64,000 nucleotides of DNA from Azolla caroliniana. Lineage: Eukaryota; Plantae; Polypodiophyta. Below the pieces are notes generated by a model, which did not search any database, was not told where the DNA came from, and worked only from the letters and a program-made list of their open reading frames with translations. Every line of letters starts with the position of its first letter. Positions within the stretch are counted from its first letter, which is position 1. The translations under genes were made by a program, and so were the position numbers. The stretch is taken from contig JBHGNT010000002.1 of assembly GCA_043228905.1 (NCBI GenBank), positions 6,386,001 to 6,450,000 on the forward strand, read 5' to 3'. Positions 46,370 through 60,090 of this stretch are shown piece after piece.

Positions 46370-47853
46370 CCGACTATCACCTCTTCACCAGACGATGTAT
46401 GGTTTGTAGACTCTGGAGCGTCCAATCACATGACGCTCCAGAGAGTTGAGAAAGATCAATCGACCCGGCTATGTCGAAACAGGAAATGACACCCCTCACT
46501 CAATTCGGCATATCGGAAATGTCCCATTCGAGAATGACGCCAAACAAACCTACCTAAAGAACTTCTTGCATGTTCCAACCATCACGAAAAACCTGGTCTC
46601 AGTCGGCCAGATTGTCGAACAAGGTATGCAAGTACGATTTAATAATGAAGGGTACTTCATCGAGAAAGAAAGTTGATTAGTCGCTCATGGTCGAAGAGAA
46701 GACCGAATGTCCATCCTCGAATCGAACGAGGTGAAGTCGGCTATGTTCGCCAAAATCCACAAAGTCAAAACCGACTTGAAACTGTGGCACAAGCGAATTG
46801 GCCGCATCAATCTCCAAAAGCTTAAAGGAATGTAGTCGAAAGGAGTCGTAATCGGACTCCCGACATTTACCGAAAAGGAGATAGTTGGTGTATGTAAAGC
46901 CTACCAATTTGGCAAACAACACCGACAACCATTCCTGAAAGAGAGGAATGTGAGCAAAGGGATCCTAGATGTAGTACATTCAAATGTATGGGGATTGGCA
47001 CAGACAACCACACTCGGCGGATGCCGATATTATGTCACGTTCATCAATGACTTCTACATGCATACCTGGATTTACCCGATGCGGAAAAAGAGTGAACTGT
47101 TCAGACACTTCCAAAAGTTTAAAAACAAAGTAAAAAAAGCCACAAGTCGGCACATCCGATGCCTTCAATCGGATGAGGGCAAGGAATAATTCTTGGATGA
47201 ATTTACAACGTATCTCTGAAAGGAAGGAATTCGACGAGAATTCTCATGTTGACACACACCTCAGCAAAACGGAGTAGTCCAACGAAAGAATCGGCACATA
47301 GTAGAGGTAGCAAGGGCCATGATGAACGAGAAAAACCTGCCGAAATTGTACTGGGCAGAAGTGGCTAACACAGCTGTCTACCTCATGAATAGGTGTACAA
47401 CCTCTGGTGTACACGACGTAACCCCTCATGAGAAGTTTTTCGAAAAGAAGCCGGATCTATCACACATCCGGATATTCGGCTTGATCGCCTATGTGCATAT
47501 TCCCGACAAGAAGCGACAAAAGCTCGACCCAATGTCGGAGAAATGTATCGTTGTAGGGTACTCACTTGAACAAAAGGGGTACAAATGTTACAATCCATCT
47601 ACTCGAAACGTTTGCGTAAATTGAGACGCCAAGATGCCGGAATACGAAGATCTGATTGACAACGAGTCGACTCACTCCCTTGACAATGAGTTCGAAGGCC
47701 TGGACATCCCAATCATCTAGAAAATTGGAGCGAAGAAAGCCTTAGCTTTAGCAAATGAGAAGCTCCATCACTCCACCCAAGAGAAAAACCCGGTCAGCCG
47801 ATTCGGCTATGATGAGTATATGGCATACCATTATGCCTTTATGATGAAGGTGG

Positions 47854-48124
47854 TGACGGGAACTGGTCGTTCCTTATGCTCAATGCTCGGCCACAACCGA
47901 GCTTAGAATCATACACAGAAAAACGGGAACTAAATGCACGACACAAAGGAGAGAAAAGGTACACAGGATGTTTACGTGGAAAACCCAAACTAAGGGAAAA
48001 ACCACGGCAGCCCACAGGCTGCAAACTATCACTATGTTGGAATGTACAAACAATGAGTTCACGGAGGCAACGACCTCGTGCTCACGATCTTCGCCACAGG
48101 CGGCGGTTACAACAAAGGCAACGA

Positions 48125-48156
<32 letters not shown>

Positions 48157-48868
48157 CATTGTTACGCACTCTAATCTCGTGCAAAACAGAAATGACAACA
48201 ACAACAACACCAAACTAAGGGAAAAACCACGGCAACCCATAGGCTGCAAACTATCACTATGTTGGAATGTACAAACAATGAGTTCATGGAGGCAACGACC
48301 TCGTGCTCACGATCTTCGCCACAGGCGGAGGTTACAACAGAGGCAACGACCTCTTTCTCTCTCTCTCTCTGTACACTGTTACGCACTCTAATCTCGAGCA
48401 AAACAGAAATGACAACAACAACAACAACAGTCGTAACTAAAATTTTGCCCTAAGTCATATTTATACTAATATGACTTTTCGGCTATTTACAAATATAGCC
48501 TCGATGGACTCTCAGAAACATATTTACGAATATGTCTCTTCATCCGGTTCTCACCGGGTCTGCACCATCCGGCTCTCCGTAGCAGGGTACTCCTCATCCG
48601 GTTCTCACCAGGTCTGCACCATCCGGCTCTCTGTAGCCAGGTACTCCTCATCCGGTTCTCACCAGGTCTTCACCATCCGGCTCTCCGTAGCCGGGTACTC
48701 CTCATCCGGTTCTCACCGGGTCTGCACCATCCGGCTCTCCGTAGCCGGGTACTCCTCATCCGGATCTCACCGGGTCTGCACCATTCGGCTCTCCGTAGCC
48801 GGGTACTCCTCATCCGGTTTCGGCACTGTTCTTCTCTCTTCCCATCCGGAGGGACCTGTCTCCTAACA
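47854..48868 (-). repeat. 3' LTR of Copia I (internal duplication, five 54-bp units)
   Basis: Direct repeat of 52955-53802. Confidence 0.93.
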
Positions 48869-48878
48869 AACTCCCCCT

Positions 48879-51800
48879 TCACTCCGGCATGGGGTGTCTT
48901 ACCAGTCCGATCCGCTTCTGGCATGCATCCAGCTTGTCGGGTATTAGAACTTTGGTCAGCATATCTGACCCGTTCTCGGCCGTGTGGATCTTTGACAGTG
49001 TGAACTCCTGGTCATCTACTTTTTCCCGGATCCAGTGATACCTTCGCTGGATATGCTTCGTCCGGGAATGGTAGGCCGCATTCTTAGCAAGGTGGATGGC
49101 ACTTTGACTATCGCAATAGAGCCGGTATTCATCTTGCCGAATACCGAGCTCTCCGATGAAGTCCTTTATCCATTATATTTCCTTGCCGGCTTCCACAACT
49201 GCCATGTACTCCACCTCCATGGTTGACAATGCAACTGTCTTCTGCAACCTCGACTGCCACGAAACAACTCCCCCTGCATATGTCATTACATACCCGAATG
49301 TAGACCGGCTGGTATCCACATCAGCCGACATGTCTGAATCGGTGAAACCATCAAGTTGAGGTTTTCCGGAGCCGAATCGGAGACACATATTTGTAGTGCC
49401 CTTCAAATACCGGAGTATCCATTTGACCGCATTCCAGTGCTCCTTGCCGGGATTGCTCATGAACCGGCTCACCACTCCGACTGCATATCCTATATCCGGT
49501 CGGGTACACACCATTGTGTACATCAAGCTCCCGACGGCAGAGGCATATGGAATCTTCATCATATCCGCCTTCTCTGCTTTTGTCTTCGGGCTTTGCTTAC
49601 CGGATAGCTTGCAGTTTGCCGGAAGTGTCGATCCGACCGGTTTCGCATCTGACATGTTGAACCGCTGAAGCACCTTTGTCACGTACTTCTCCTGTGACAG
49701 CCATAATTGCTTCTTTGACCGGTCCCGAATGATGTGCATCCCCAGCATCTGTCTTGCCGGACCCAAGTCTTTCATTGAAAAGGTCCGGTTGAGAGCCTTC
49801 TTCAGCATCCGTATTTTGACTTGGTCACGTCTGACGATCAACATGTCGTCCACGTACAGAAGGAGTATCAGGAAGTCGCCTCCTTCGAACTTCTTCACAA
49901 ACACGCAGTGATCGGCCTGCGTCTTGTGGTACCCTTGATCGGCCATGAAGGAATCGAACTTCCGGTACCATTGCTGGGGGGCCTGCTTCAACCCGTAGAG
50001 GCTCTTCTTCAACCGGCAAACCAGGTGCTCCTTCCCTTCCTCCACGAATCCTTCCGGTTGCTGCATGTAGATCTCCTCTTCGAGGTCGCGATGAAGGAAT
50101 GTCGTCTTCACGTCTAGCTGCTCTACCTCGAGGTCCATGCTTGCCGCTATACTCAGCACCGTCCGGATGGAGGTCATCTTTACTACCGGGGCAAATATCT
50201 CGTCGAAGTCCACGCCCTTCTTCTGCTGGAACCCCTTCACCATGATCCTGGCTTTGTATCTCGGGGGTTTGCCGGCATCTCCCAGTTTCAACTTGTACAC
50301 CCACTTGTTTCGGAGTGCCCGCTTTCCTTTTGGCAACTCCACCAATTCGTACGTATGGTTCTCATGCAGGGAATCCATCTCATCCTGCATGGCACTTAAC
50401 CATTTTCGGTTGTGGGTGTCTTCCTTCGCTTCTTCGAAGCTTTCCGACTCCCCCTCATCGGTCAGCAGAACATGCTCTGCATCCGGAAATCTCTGGGGGG
50501 GCCTTCTCTCTCTGAGAGGATATCTCCGTCTCTGGGCTTTGCTAATCGGCTCCTCTATTTGCTCTTCATCCGAATCTGATTCGGGGTCTTGGCCGGTTCC
50601 GGTTTCAACTTCCACTACTTCTTCTTCAGCCTGTTTGGTATCCTCACCGTAACCGGCTGGTCCCTCGAGTGCTAACTGGTCTCTTGCCGGTTGGGTCTGC
50701 TCATCATAGAGTCGATCCTTACCAGTCGACTCGGAGTTCATTATCTTCTTCTCCGACTCCCAGTCGGCGAGCGTCTTGTCCTCCATGAAGATAATATCTC
50801 GACTCCGGAATACCTTCTTGTCGACCAGGTCCCACACTCGGTAGCCGAACTCATCGTCACTGTAACCGAAGAATATGCATGGCCGGGTCTTTGGATCTAA
50901 CTTTCCTCTCCGGTCCTTAGCTACATGCACGTACGCGAGACACCCGAACACCTTCAGATGCCGGTAGGACACTTCCTTACCGGTCCATACTCTCTGTGGC
51001 GTGTCTCCATCCAAGGGTACTGAGGGTGATCTGTTTATCACATATGTCGCCGTCGACAGTGCCTCAGCCCAAAACTTCTTGGGTAGTTTTGCATGCGTTA
51101 GCATCCTCCGGACCCTCTCCATTATGGTCCGGTTCATCTTCTCGGCCAGTCCGTTTAGTTTCAGTGTCTTCGGCACGGTAAATTCGAGCCGGATTCCCTT
51201 TGAGCGGCAGTACTCCTCGAACTGCCCCCGGTATTCTCCTCCGTTATCTGCTCGAACCGCCTTCAGCTTCCGACCGGTTTCTCTTTCCACTCTCGCGTGG
51301 AGCTCTTTGAAGACGGATAACACCTGATCCTTCGTCTTCAACGGTGTGGCCCACAGCTTCCGGCTGTGGTCATCTATGAACATCACGAAGTACTGCGCTC
51401 CGACATGTGACTTCGTGTCTACTTGACACTCATTCGTATGCACCAACTCTAGTGGTGCATTACGTCTCATCGGTGGCCTTGGTCGGAAGGAGGTCCGGTT
51501 TTGCTTACCGGCCAGACAATCAGTGCACTTCTCTAAGTGCACGTTCTTCACTGGAATGAGGTTGTCGTCTGCAAGCCTCTTCATCCCCTTCTCGCTCATA
51601 TGACACAGCCTCTTGTGCCACAGCTCACCAGCAGTGTCGGATGCCACGTTCACTTCTTCCGGGCATAACTGGGCATTCATCAGGTACAATGTGTTTACCT
51701 TCCAAGCCCGAGCCACAATCAGGCTCCGTTTGTTGAACTTCATGACACCGTTCTGGATGCTACCCGTGTAGCCCTCATCATCTAGCCGACCGGCTGATAT

Positions 51801-52925
51801 CAGGTTCAGACGAACCTCCGGAACGTGTCGGACATCCTTTAGTAGCAACTTGCATCCGGTTGGTGTCGACAGCCACACGTCTCCTATGCCGACAATTCGG
51901 CATGTTCCTTCATTCCCCATTCGGACACAGTCGTGATCACCGGCTAAGTAGGATGAGAAGCATTTCCGGTCCGGGGTAAGGTGGAACGGCGCTCCGGAGT
52001 CTACCACCCAGGTCATCTCGTCGTCGGCAAGGTTTATCTCACTCTCCTCGGTGATGAGCATCAACTCCTCTTCACTTGCCGCGATTGCCGTCGTTCCCTT
52101 CCGGTCTGGCCCCCTCCGGTCTTTACCGTTCCGGTCCGGGGTCCACTTCGAATCGGTACCATCGGTCTCCTTATCTTTTCGGATATGCCGACAGTTCTTT
52201 TGGAAGTGTCCCGGCTTGCCGCAATAGAAGCAAGTGGGCCTACCCCTTGACTTTGACCGTGTCCCCGACTTCTCCCGGTTCTTGGGACTACGGTTTCTAT
52301 GTCTTCCGCGTTCCGATTCGGTAAGGAGCGCTTTGGAGTCGGAGCTCGTATCTTTATCTTTCCGACGCGCCTCCTCATCTAGCAAGCTCGACTTTACTCT
52401 TGCTAGGGATAACCGTTTTCCTTCTGGCCCGGCGTTGCCCAAAGTGACAACCAACGTCTCCCAGCTATCCGGGAGGGAACCGAGCAGGAGTAGCGCTAGT
52501 ACCTCATCAGCGAGAGGTACTTCCAATGAAGTTGCCTGGTGGATCAGCCCCTGGAAGGCATTCATGTGCTCCGCCATGCTGGAGCCATCTTGGTACCGGA
52601 GTCTTACTAGCTTCCAGAATACCGAAACCTGATTAACAACATTTTTGTTTTGAAACATTATGCCGATCTTCTCCCAGAGCTCATGAGCCTTGCTCTCTTC
52701 ATTGAAGTTGTTGTACAGGCTCATGTCGATGAAGCACCGTATGTACGCCGTTGTCTTCATGTGCATCACCTCCCATATCGCGACATCGATTTTGTCCGGT
52801 CTCTTGTCCCCAAACTGAACCGGCAGCCAGAGGTCCTTAACCACGAGCATGTCCCTCATCTTTGACTTCCACACTGAATAGTTGGAGCCGGTGAGCTTGA
52901 ACATGCCGCCAAACGATTCGTCCAT
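48879..52925 (-). CDS. Copia I gag-pol polyprotein (GAG-PR-INT-RT-RH) with one premature stop at 49173-49175 in RNase H
   Basis: 1274-aa ORF containing all domains. ATG at 52925; the frame continues past the TAA to TGA at 48879. Confidence 0.94.
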
Positions 52926-52954
52926 TTTCTGTGTCGTTTCTCTCTGATACCACT

Positions 52955-53802
52955 TGACGGGAACTGGTCGTTCCTTATGCTCAACGCTCGGCCACAACCG
53001 AGCTTAGAATCATACACAAAAAAACGGGAACTAAATGCACGACACAAAGGAGAGAAAAGGTACACAGGATGTTTACATGGAAAACCCAAACTAAGGGAAA
53101 AACCACGGCAGCCCACAGGCTGCAAACTATCACTATGTTGGAATGTACAAACAATGAGTTCACGGAGGAAACGACCTCGTGCTCACGATCTTCGCCATAG
53201 GCGGCGGTTACAACAAAGGCAACGACCTCTTTCTCTCTCTCTCTCTCTCTCTGTACACTGTTACACACTCTAATCTCGTGCAAAACAGAAATGACAACAA
53301 CAACAACAGTCGTAACTAAAATTTTGCCCTAAGTCATATTTATACTAATATGACTTTTCGGCTATTTACAAATATAGCCTCGATGGACTCTTAGAAACAT
53401 ATTTACGAATATGTCTCTTCATCCGGTTCTCACCGGGTCTGCACCATTCGGCTCTCCGTAGCAGGGTACTCCTCATCCGGTTCTCACCGGGTCTGCACCA
53501 TCCGGCTCTCCGTAGCCGGGTACTCCTCATCCGGTTCTCACCGGGTCTGCACCATCCGGCTCTTCGTAGCCAGGTAATCCTCATCCGGTTCTCACCAGGT
53601 CTGCACCATCCGGCTCTCCGTAGCCGGGTACTCCTCATCCGGATCTCACCGGGTCTGCACCATCCGGCTCTCCGCAGCCTGGGTACTCCTCATCCGATTC
53701 TCACCGGGTCTGCACCATCCGGCTCTCCGTAGCCGGGTACTCCTCATCCGGTTTCGGCACTGTTCTTCTCTCTTCCCATCCGGAGGGACCTATCTCCTAA
53801 CA
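52955..53802 (-). repeat. 5' LTR of Copia I (six 54-bp units)
   Basis: Adjacent to the PBS. Confidence 0.93.
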
Positions 53803-55611
53803 GGTGGCAACTGTTCGAGAACCAGAAACCTTTTCTGAACCAGCCAAGGATCCACAATGGATCGAAGCACTAAATGAGGAGATGCAAGCGTTAAGCAAAA
53901 ACGAGACATGGGATCTCATCCCCCATTCTCCACACAAGAAAGCGATCGGGTAAAATACAATGCCAACGATTCGGTAAATCGCTACAAAGCATGACTCGTA
54001 GACAAGGGATATAGCCAAACACATGGAGTCGATTATGAGGAGACCTTTGCCCCAATAACAAAGATGACGATTGTTCGGACAGTCATTGCTCTCGCAGCTG
54101 CAAAAGAGTGGCACCTCCACCAAATGGATGTGAAGAACGCCTTCCTACAAGTCGAATTAGAAGAGGAGTTCTTCATGATTTAACCACCCGGTTTTGAATC
54201 AAGTAAACACCCAAAAGTAGTATGCCGATTCAAGACGCCTCTATACGGCCTCAAGCAAGCACTGCGTGCTTGGCATTCAAAGATCACCTAGTATCTTCAC
54301 CAAATCAGCTTCTGAATGTCGAAATCAGACAACTCCCTATATATCTAAAATGAGTCGGACAACCCGATTGTCATCATCATGTATGTGGATGATCTGTTCA
54401 TCAAAGAAAAGGATCTCGCTGACATTAATAAAGTCAAAATACTCCTATCTGGTTGATTCGAAATGAAAGACATGAATGAGCTCCATTACTTCCTCGGTAA
54501 TGAAGTAATTTGTACCCCAGTCAAGATATTGATCTCTCAACAGAACTACATTCTTAGCTTACTCTACAAGTTCGGGATGACTGAGTGCAAACCTGTGTCT
54601 ACCCCACTCGATCGAAATTTTGAGCTTGATGTCGATTTAGGAACAAAAGATTGTGAGTCGAGTCAGTATTGTCAACTAATCGACAGCTTAATCTATCTAA
54701 TTATCACATGACCCAACCTCAGCCATTCGGTCAGCCTACTTAGACAATTCATGTAGAATCCTCGAAATGTTCATCTCGATTGCGCTAAGAAGGTACTTAG
54801 GTACGTCTGTGGGACAATGGATGTCGACATCATATACAAGTCCGATACGATCATTCGGCTCAAAGGGTACACAAACGCAGATTGAACCGGATATAAGGCC
54901 GATAGACGATCAACATTAGGTTTCATCTTCTCCCTCGACAGCGGAGCGATCTCTTGGTGCAACAAAAAGAAACCAACAGTCGCACTATCGAGCATAGAGG
55001 CTGAACACAGGGGCGCGACAGTCGCCGCATGCGAGGCCTTCTAGCTAAAGCGCATATTGAAGGATCTGGGTGCTCCCATCAAGGATCTAATTATCCTATA
55101 CTGCGACAACATGAGCAATATCTACCTGGCTCAGAACCATGTGTTCCACGCGCGGACTAAGCATATCGAAGTGCACTACCACTTCATTTGGGAGCATGTT
55201 CAGGCTAGAGATGTCGATTTACAACACATCATTACGAATCTTCAGGTGGTCGACATCTTCTCTAAAGCCCTCGGTATCAACAAGTTGCGGCAGTTCGCGT
55301 TGAACCTTGGTCTCTCGATCACCGATCAGTCGCGCTTGAGGGGGAGTACAATAGTCGTAGCCGAAGTCGAACAGTAGCCGATCAGCCGATTGATGCCGAC
55401 CAGAAGAGTCGAAATACGATGATAATCGAGTTGAACAAGGAGCACGAAGCAATCGCACAGTCGAAACCGATTTTGACTGACCATTCATTCGTGCAACAAA
55501 GCCAAACAACCAAATGAACTCGAAGCCGAAACTGATCCAGCCGAATCGAAGTTTTTTGAAGATCGAACCGAACCAACTTTTCGACATCCGGAAGTTGTGT
55601 TCGAAGGGCTG

Positions 55612-55897
55612 TGTTGAGAATCGAACTCAACTTCCCATAGAGATGGTGTTCACACTAGTCAGTGGACATCATACTAGGCTCGTTTTGTAATTAGTGGAAA
55701 GGGCACTTGCCCTAGACCATTTGGTATTTAAACCAACTCTTTGTAACTTAGTTACTGTTGGATGTAATATTATTTTTCTTGAATACAACTTCTTGTTCTA
55801 ATCTCTCTCTCTCTCTCTCTGTCTTGCCTTACGTGCACTCACACACACACATAGAGCTCACTTCCATTGCACAACACCACCTACGTCTGTCTTTACA
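55612..55897 (+). repeat. Probable 3' LTR of Copia H
   Basis: TGTTGAG..TTACA after a purine-rich tract, with termini like LTR 57202-57654. No partner LTR in the window. Confidence 0.6.
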
Positions 55898-57201
55898 TTA
55901 AGAAAGTGAAATATTGTTAATCAAACATATTTCTTTAGCATAATGTCATTAGGGCATAATAGACACCACTTTATTACTTGCCCAACGTTGAGATCAATTT
56001 AGTCTGACATAAACATTATGTAGTATGGACTCCTATAATTGGGATTTCAAAACCCCCATTCCAAAATGTCGTCATAGGTTGACTCAAGCTTCCCTTCGTC
56101 ACACGTTCAAATAGTTTTTGCCTTTTTAATGCATTGGTGGTTCTGGCATGTTTACCATATGGGTAATGTAACACCTTCATATTTGAGGCATACATTGGTA
56201 TGCAAATAACTCTCCTTCTCGAACCTTAGACATGTTATTGCCCAATGAGTTTTAAATATGTGAGTTGGTCAAGCATCAAATTTGCCTTTCATGTTTGTGT
56301 TTCCCTCAAATGGTTTCCCAAAGTGTATATGATGTCAACTAAGAGTTTTTATTTTCTTTTTATTATTTGTAGTTAAGTTTTCGAAAAAGAAAATATGAAA
56401 AAGGGTATGAAAGAGTACAATCTATGAGTGAGTGAGACAGAGATAGAGACAGAGAAATTTGGCAATTTTCTTTATTGGAAGCAAATGGAAATTCTTTCCT
56501 CAATGGAGTATTCGTCTTCCCTATTGGCAATTAACATGTTCCACTACCCATGTGGTTAGTGGGTGACCATACTCCATTGTGACACCTATTGTAAGTAGTG
56601 TTTTTTCACCACACATTTATTAATATAATTGTGTATTTTCACCAAAAAAAGAAAGAGAGATAGACAGACAGGGAGAGAGCGAGAGGGAACATATTGAAGC
56701 CAATTGACCCATCAAGTTGTTCCTCGTCATATCATCATCTTTTGTGAGCTAAATTTGAAAATGGTAATCATACATCATCCTTTTCGTTAAGAAATCAATT
56801 ATGTAAGCTAAAGTTCTAGTGTAAGCTATGTAAGGCAAACTCTAAAGTATGTTGACATAATCAACTTGATTTGCTACTATTGTCACGTTGCCACATGAAA
56901 CATTTAGTTCGGATATCCTACTACGGTTTCTTTGTGCAAAGTATGAGCTACAAATATAAGGATAACATTACCTTTTCGATTTGTCCATTCATCAAAGTGC
57001 TCTAGATTCTTAAGTTTGCACACAATATTTACATGCATTTCTTTCTTTATTGATGAAAGTCTTTTCAAGTGGGTGGGTGTGAACATTCAAACAATTGGTG
57101 ATGAAAAAGACAAGGAAACTATTACTTTTTTCTTTGTCCATTCATGAAAGTTGATATCAAATTCTTGCTCGCACATATCATCTAAATTACCCGTTATGAG
57201 T

Positions 57202-58614
57202 TGTTGAGAGACAAGCTCAACATCGGCCGGATCGGCTAAAGAAGCCGAGGACCGGATCGGTTGGGACCGATCGGTTAGGCCGAGTGCGTAAACCGGTGCG
57301 CAGACCGGTGCGTAGGTAGGGCCGGATCGGTGCGGAAACCAAGAGGCCATTAAGAAAGATATTCCGTGAGGAATATATTTGGGAGTTAGTGTAGGAGCTC
57401 TCAATGAGCATTGAAGTACTGCCAGTACTTCTGTCAGTCCTTCTAGGACTTGCATAAAAGTGTTCATTGAACACACATATGTATAGAGTGTGGTGAATAG
57501 AGATGGTTTTTGTTGAATATAGTTCTTGTGTTCTCTCTCTCTCACTGACTCTGTCTCTCCCGAGTATACTGCGTAAACTCAAGCTCTCCATTAAACCTGA
57601 GTGTTCTTCCTTCTGTTCGGTCTTCATACTTGCTTCCGCATGCTACTTTCTACATGGTATCAGAGCGTGAGGGTTGAGAACCTCTCTGCAGCCGACACAG
57701 CTTGACGAAGAAGAACAAGAAGAACGATCGATAGAGGCATGGCGAGCTCGCTTCCAACAGAGAAGCTCGACAGAACCAACTACGCGTCTTGGTCCTACAA
57801 GATGCACCAGTACCTGCTCGGGCACGGCTACTGGAGTTATGTCAAAGGAGCTAATGACGCGGCACCCGAATCGACACACAAAGACTTCCCGTCGTGGGAG
57901 CAATCGGCGAGCAGGGTATTATACTGCTTCGCGTCGTGTGTGGGCGAACATCTATTGAGCTATGTTTGGGATGCAAAGACGCCGAAGGGTGCGTGGGAAA
58001 ATCTGAAGAAGATTTTCGCCGTGAGCACCACAGCCAGGAAGCTTTAGCTCCGACAGGAGTTGAGCAACCTACGACAACGCGACTTGTCAGTGGCGGACTA
58101 TACCTCGAAGATCAAGGATATCTACAACTCCCTCGCCTCCATAGAGGTGAACATCGAGGAGAGTGAGATGGTCCAGATCTGTCTCGGAGGTTTGGCGTCG
58201 AAGTTCGAAGCGTTCCGAATGGCTGTGTGTACCTGGGAGAATACGCCGTCCTTTTTCGACTTACAGTCAATGCTCCTAGTAGAGGAGAACCACGCGGGTG
58301 CGTCTACAAGCACGCACACCGACATTAGAATGTTGTACACGGAGGGAGATAGGCCCCGTGGACGTGGCGGATGAGGTGAGTCGGCGCGTAATGGAGGCGG
58401 CCGACGAGATCAAGGAAGAAGGCACCGAAGTGATGTCGACAACTACTCCGAACCCTCCGGAAACAGGGGGAGTCGAAGCGATGAGAACCGGCAAGGGAAG
58501 GCCATCTCGGAGTGTTGGTACTGTGGCAAGAAAGGCCACATGGAAAGTGAGTGCTGGAAGAAGCGCGCCGAGTCGGAGAGAACCGGTTCCGGAAACGGCT
58601 TCGGACATACCGAC
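57202..58614 (+). mobile_element. Ty1/Copia element J: 5' LTR, PBS and gag, cut off by nested insertions
   Basis: LTR 57202-57654 (TG..CA), PBS 57655-57666, gag from 57739 with CWYCGKKGHMESEC. Confidence 0.9.
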
Positions 58615-58706
58615 TGTCATGATAACAGTCACATCATACATCGAAAGGATCATGACACTCACATTATGACTCGAAAAGATTTGAACCCACGACCTTGTTG
58701 TACACA

Positions 58707-59292
58707 TGTCAAATCCTTAACCATTGTATTAATATTATTATATGTATAGTCTCTAGAATATGAAATCTAATATCATAGGAATATTCTATATTACTCTACA
58801 TTCTAGAATGACCTAGAATATTCTAGAGTGTTCTATACCACTAGAACCTTCTAGAATACTCTAGAGATCTTCTAGATTACTCTACATTCTAGGATAACCT
58901 AGAATATTCTAGAGTGTTCTCTATTACTTATAAATAGGGATCTACCACCCATCCCAAACCTAAATTGGTTCAACGCCATTTTGTAGCCTACTCTTTGTAA
59001 TCCATTTTACGCTTCAATATAATAATTCTCTTTCAATTATCTCTCTATCTCTTTTTCTCTCTCTTTCTCTCTCTCAGTCTTGACAGTTTGAACCAATTTT
59101 TTTCCTTTCATCTCTTCATCTTCCACAAACCCTAACAAGTTCTCTTCTTCCTTCTCCTCTCCCCTCATAAGCTATGGAGTCCGTGAGCAAACAAGAATAC
59201 ATGTGTGTTCTTTCTGAGCTCGACATGCTCACGAATAAATTTGTGGCATTAGAGCATGAGAATCAAAGGTTGCTTGGAGATCTACAACACGT
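58707..59292 (+). mobile_element. 5' LTR, self-priming site and gag start of a Tcn1/Tf1-like chromovirus
   Basis: LTR 58707-59085 (TGTCAA..TTGACA) with TCTAGA-rich repeats and TATAAATA at 58929. The PBS position is complementary to the R start. Coiled-coil ORF from 59174. Confidence 0.75.
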
Positions 59293-60090
59293 TGTCGTGA
59301 AGGATTTGCTTCACGATATAAAAATAAATTTAAATATTGAATTCAGTAATATTTCAAACACTTGAACCTACAACCTTATAAGCCAAGCACAATGTATATA
59401 CCAATAGGGTAGGCTATTTGTTTTTGGAAATGTTGTCAAGAATGTGCTTCACTATATAAGAATAAACTTAAATATTGTATTAAGTAAAATTGAGGGACTT
59501 GAACCCTCAACCTTGTATATCAAGCACAAAGCATACACCACTAAGCTAGGCTATTTGTTTTAGGGTTATATCCATCATTGTACTTATCCCAATACATGGG
59601 AGCTCAAATGAGCATGATGGCTATCATGCATCACATGCAATGCATGTGCGCCAAATGTCGATCATGCATAAGATGTAACTCATGCATTACATGAATGCCA
59701 TTACCATATGCATGGAAATACTTATAAAAAGAGGGGCAAGGAAAACAAAAAGAAAAACCAAGAGAAAGTTAGAGAAATAAGATAATAATAAAAAACAAAC
59801 AAGTTAGCTTGTTGGTGAAGAAGCTCGTGTCTCCAAGTTGGAGTCAAGAGTTCGAATCAAGGGTCGGTAGAGAAAGGGTTCATCTTGCTACCAAACATTG
59901 TAAAGTTGGTAAAATCTTGTATTCATAATACACATCATGTTCATATCATATACTTTTTTGTCTTAAATCATACTTTGTCTCTATCTTGCGTCTTGAATCA
60001 TACATTGCCTCTATCTTTTATCTATACTAGTCTCTCTCTCACACATATTACTTTAAACTATTATTCTTCATATCCTTTATCTTCCTAACA
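59293..60090 (+). repeat. Probable LTR containing two ~137-bp repeats with antisense tRNA-like modules
   Basis: TG start, TATA near 59722 and TAACA end. Boundaries uncertain, no partner LTR in the window. Confidence 0.5.

Larger units (their letters stand above)
47854..53802 (-). mobile_element. Near-intact Ty1/Copia element I (related to family B)
   Basis: LTRs 47854-48868 and 52955-53802. Perfect TSD GGTGG. PBS 52942-52952 and PPT after 48868. Confidence 0.96.
45750..55897 (+). mobile_element. Decayed Ty1/Copia element H (5' end missing), split by Copia I
   Basis: gag/PR/INT at 45750-47853 (WFVDSGASNHM, TPQQNG) and RT/RH at 53803-55345. Probable 3' LTR 55612-55897. Confidence 0.85.

Noticed and set aside
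48537-48820. CRISPR array or 18-aa repeat protein (SSSGSHRVCTIRLSVAGY)
   Set aside because: It is a 54-bp LTR tandem repeat; the ORF is a by-product of unit length being a multiple of 3.
56860-57200. DNA transposon or host exon remnant on the minus strand
   Set aside because: Short AT-rich ORFs without a motif I can recognise.
59491-59553. Functional tRNA gene
   Set aside because: No acceptor stem and an imperfect D-arm; treated as a tRNA-derived module.
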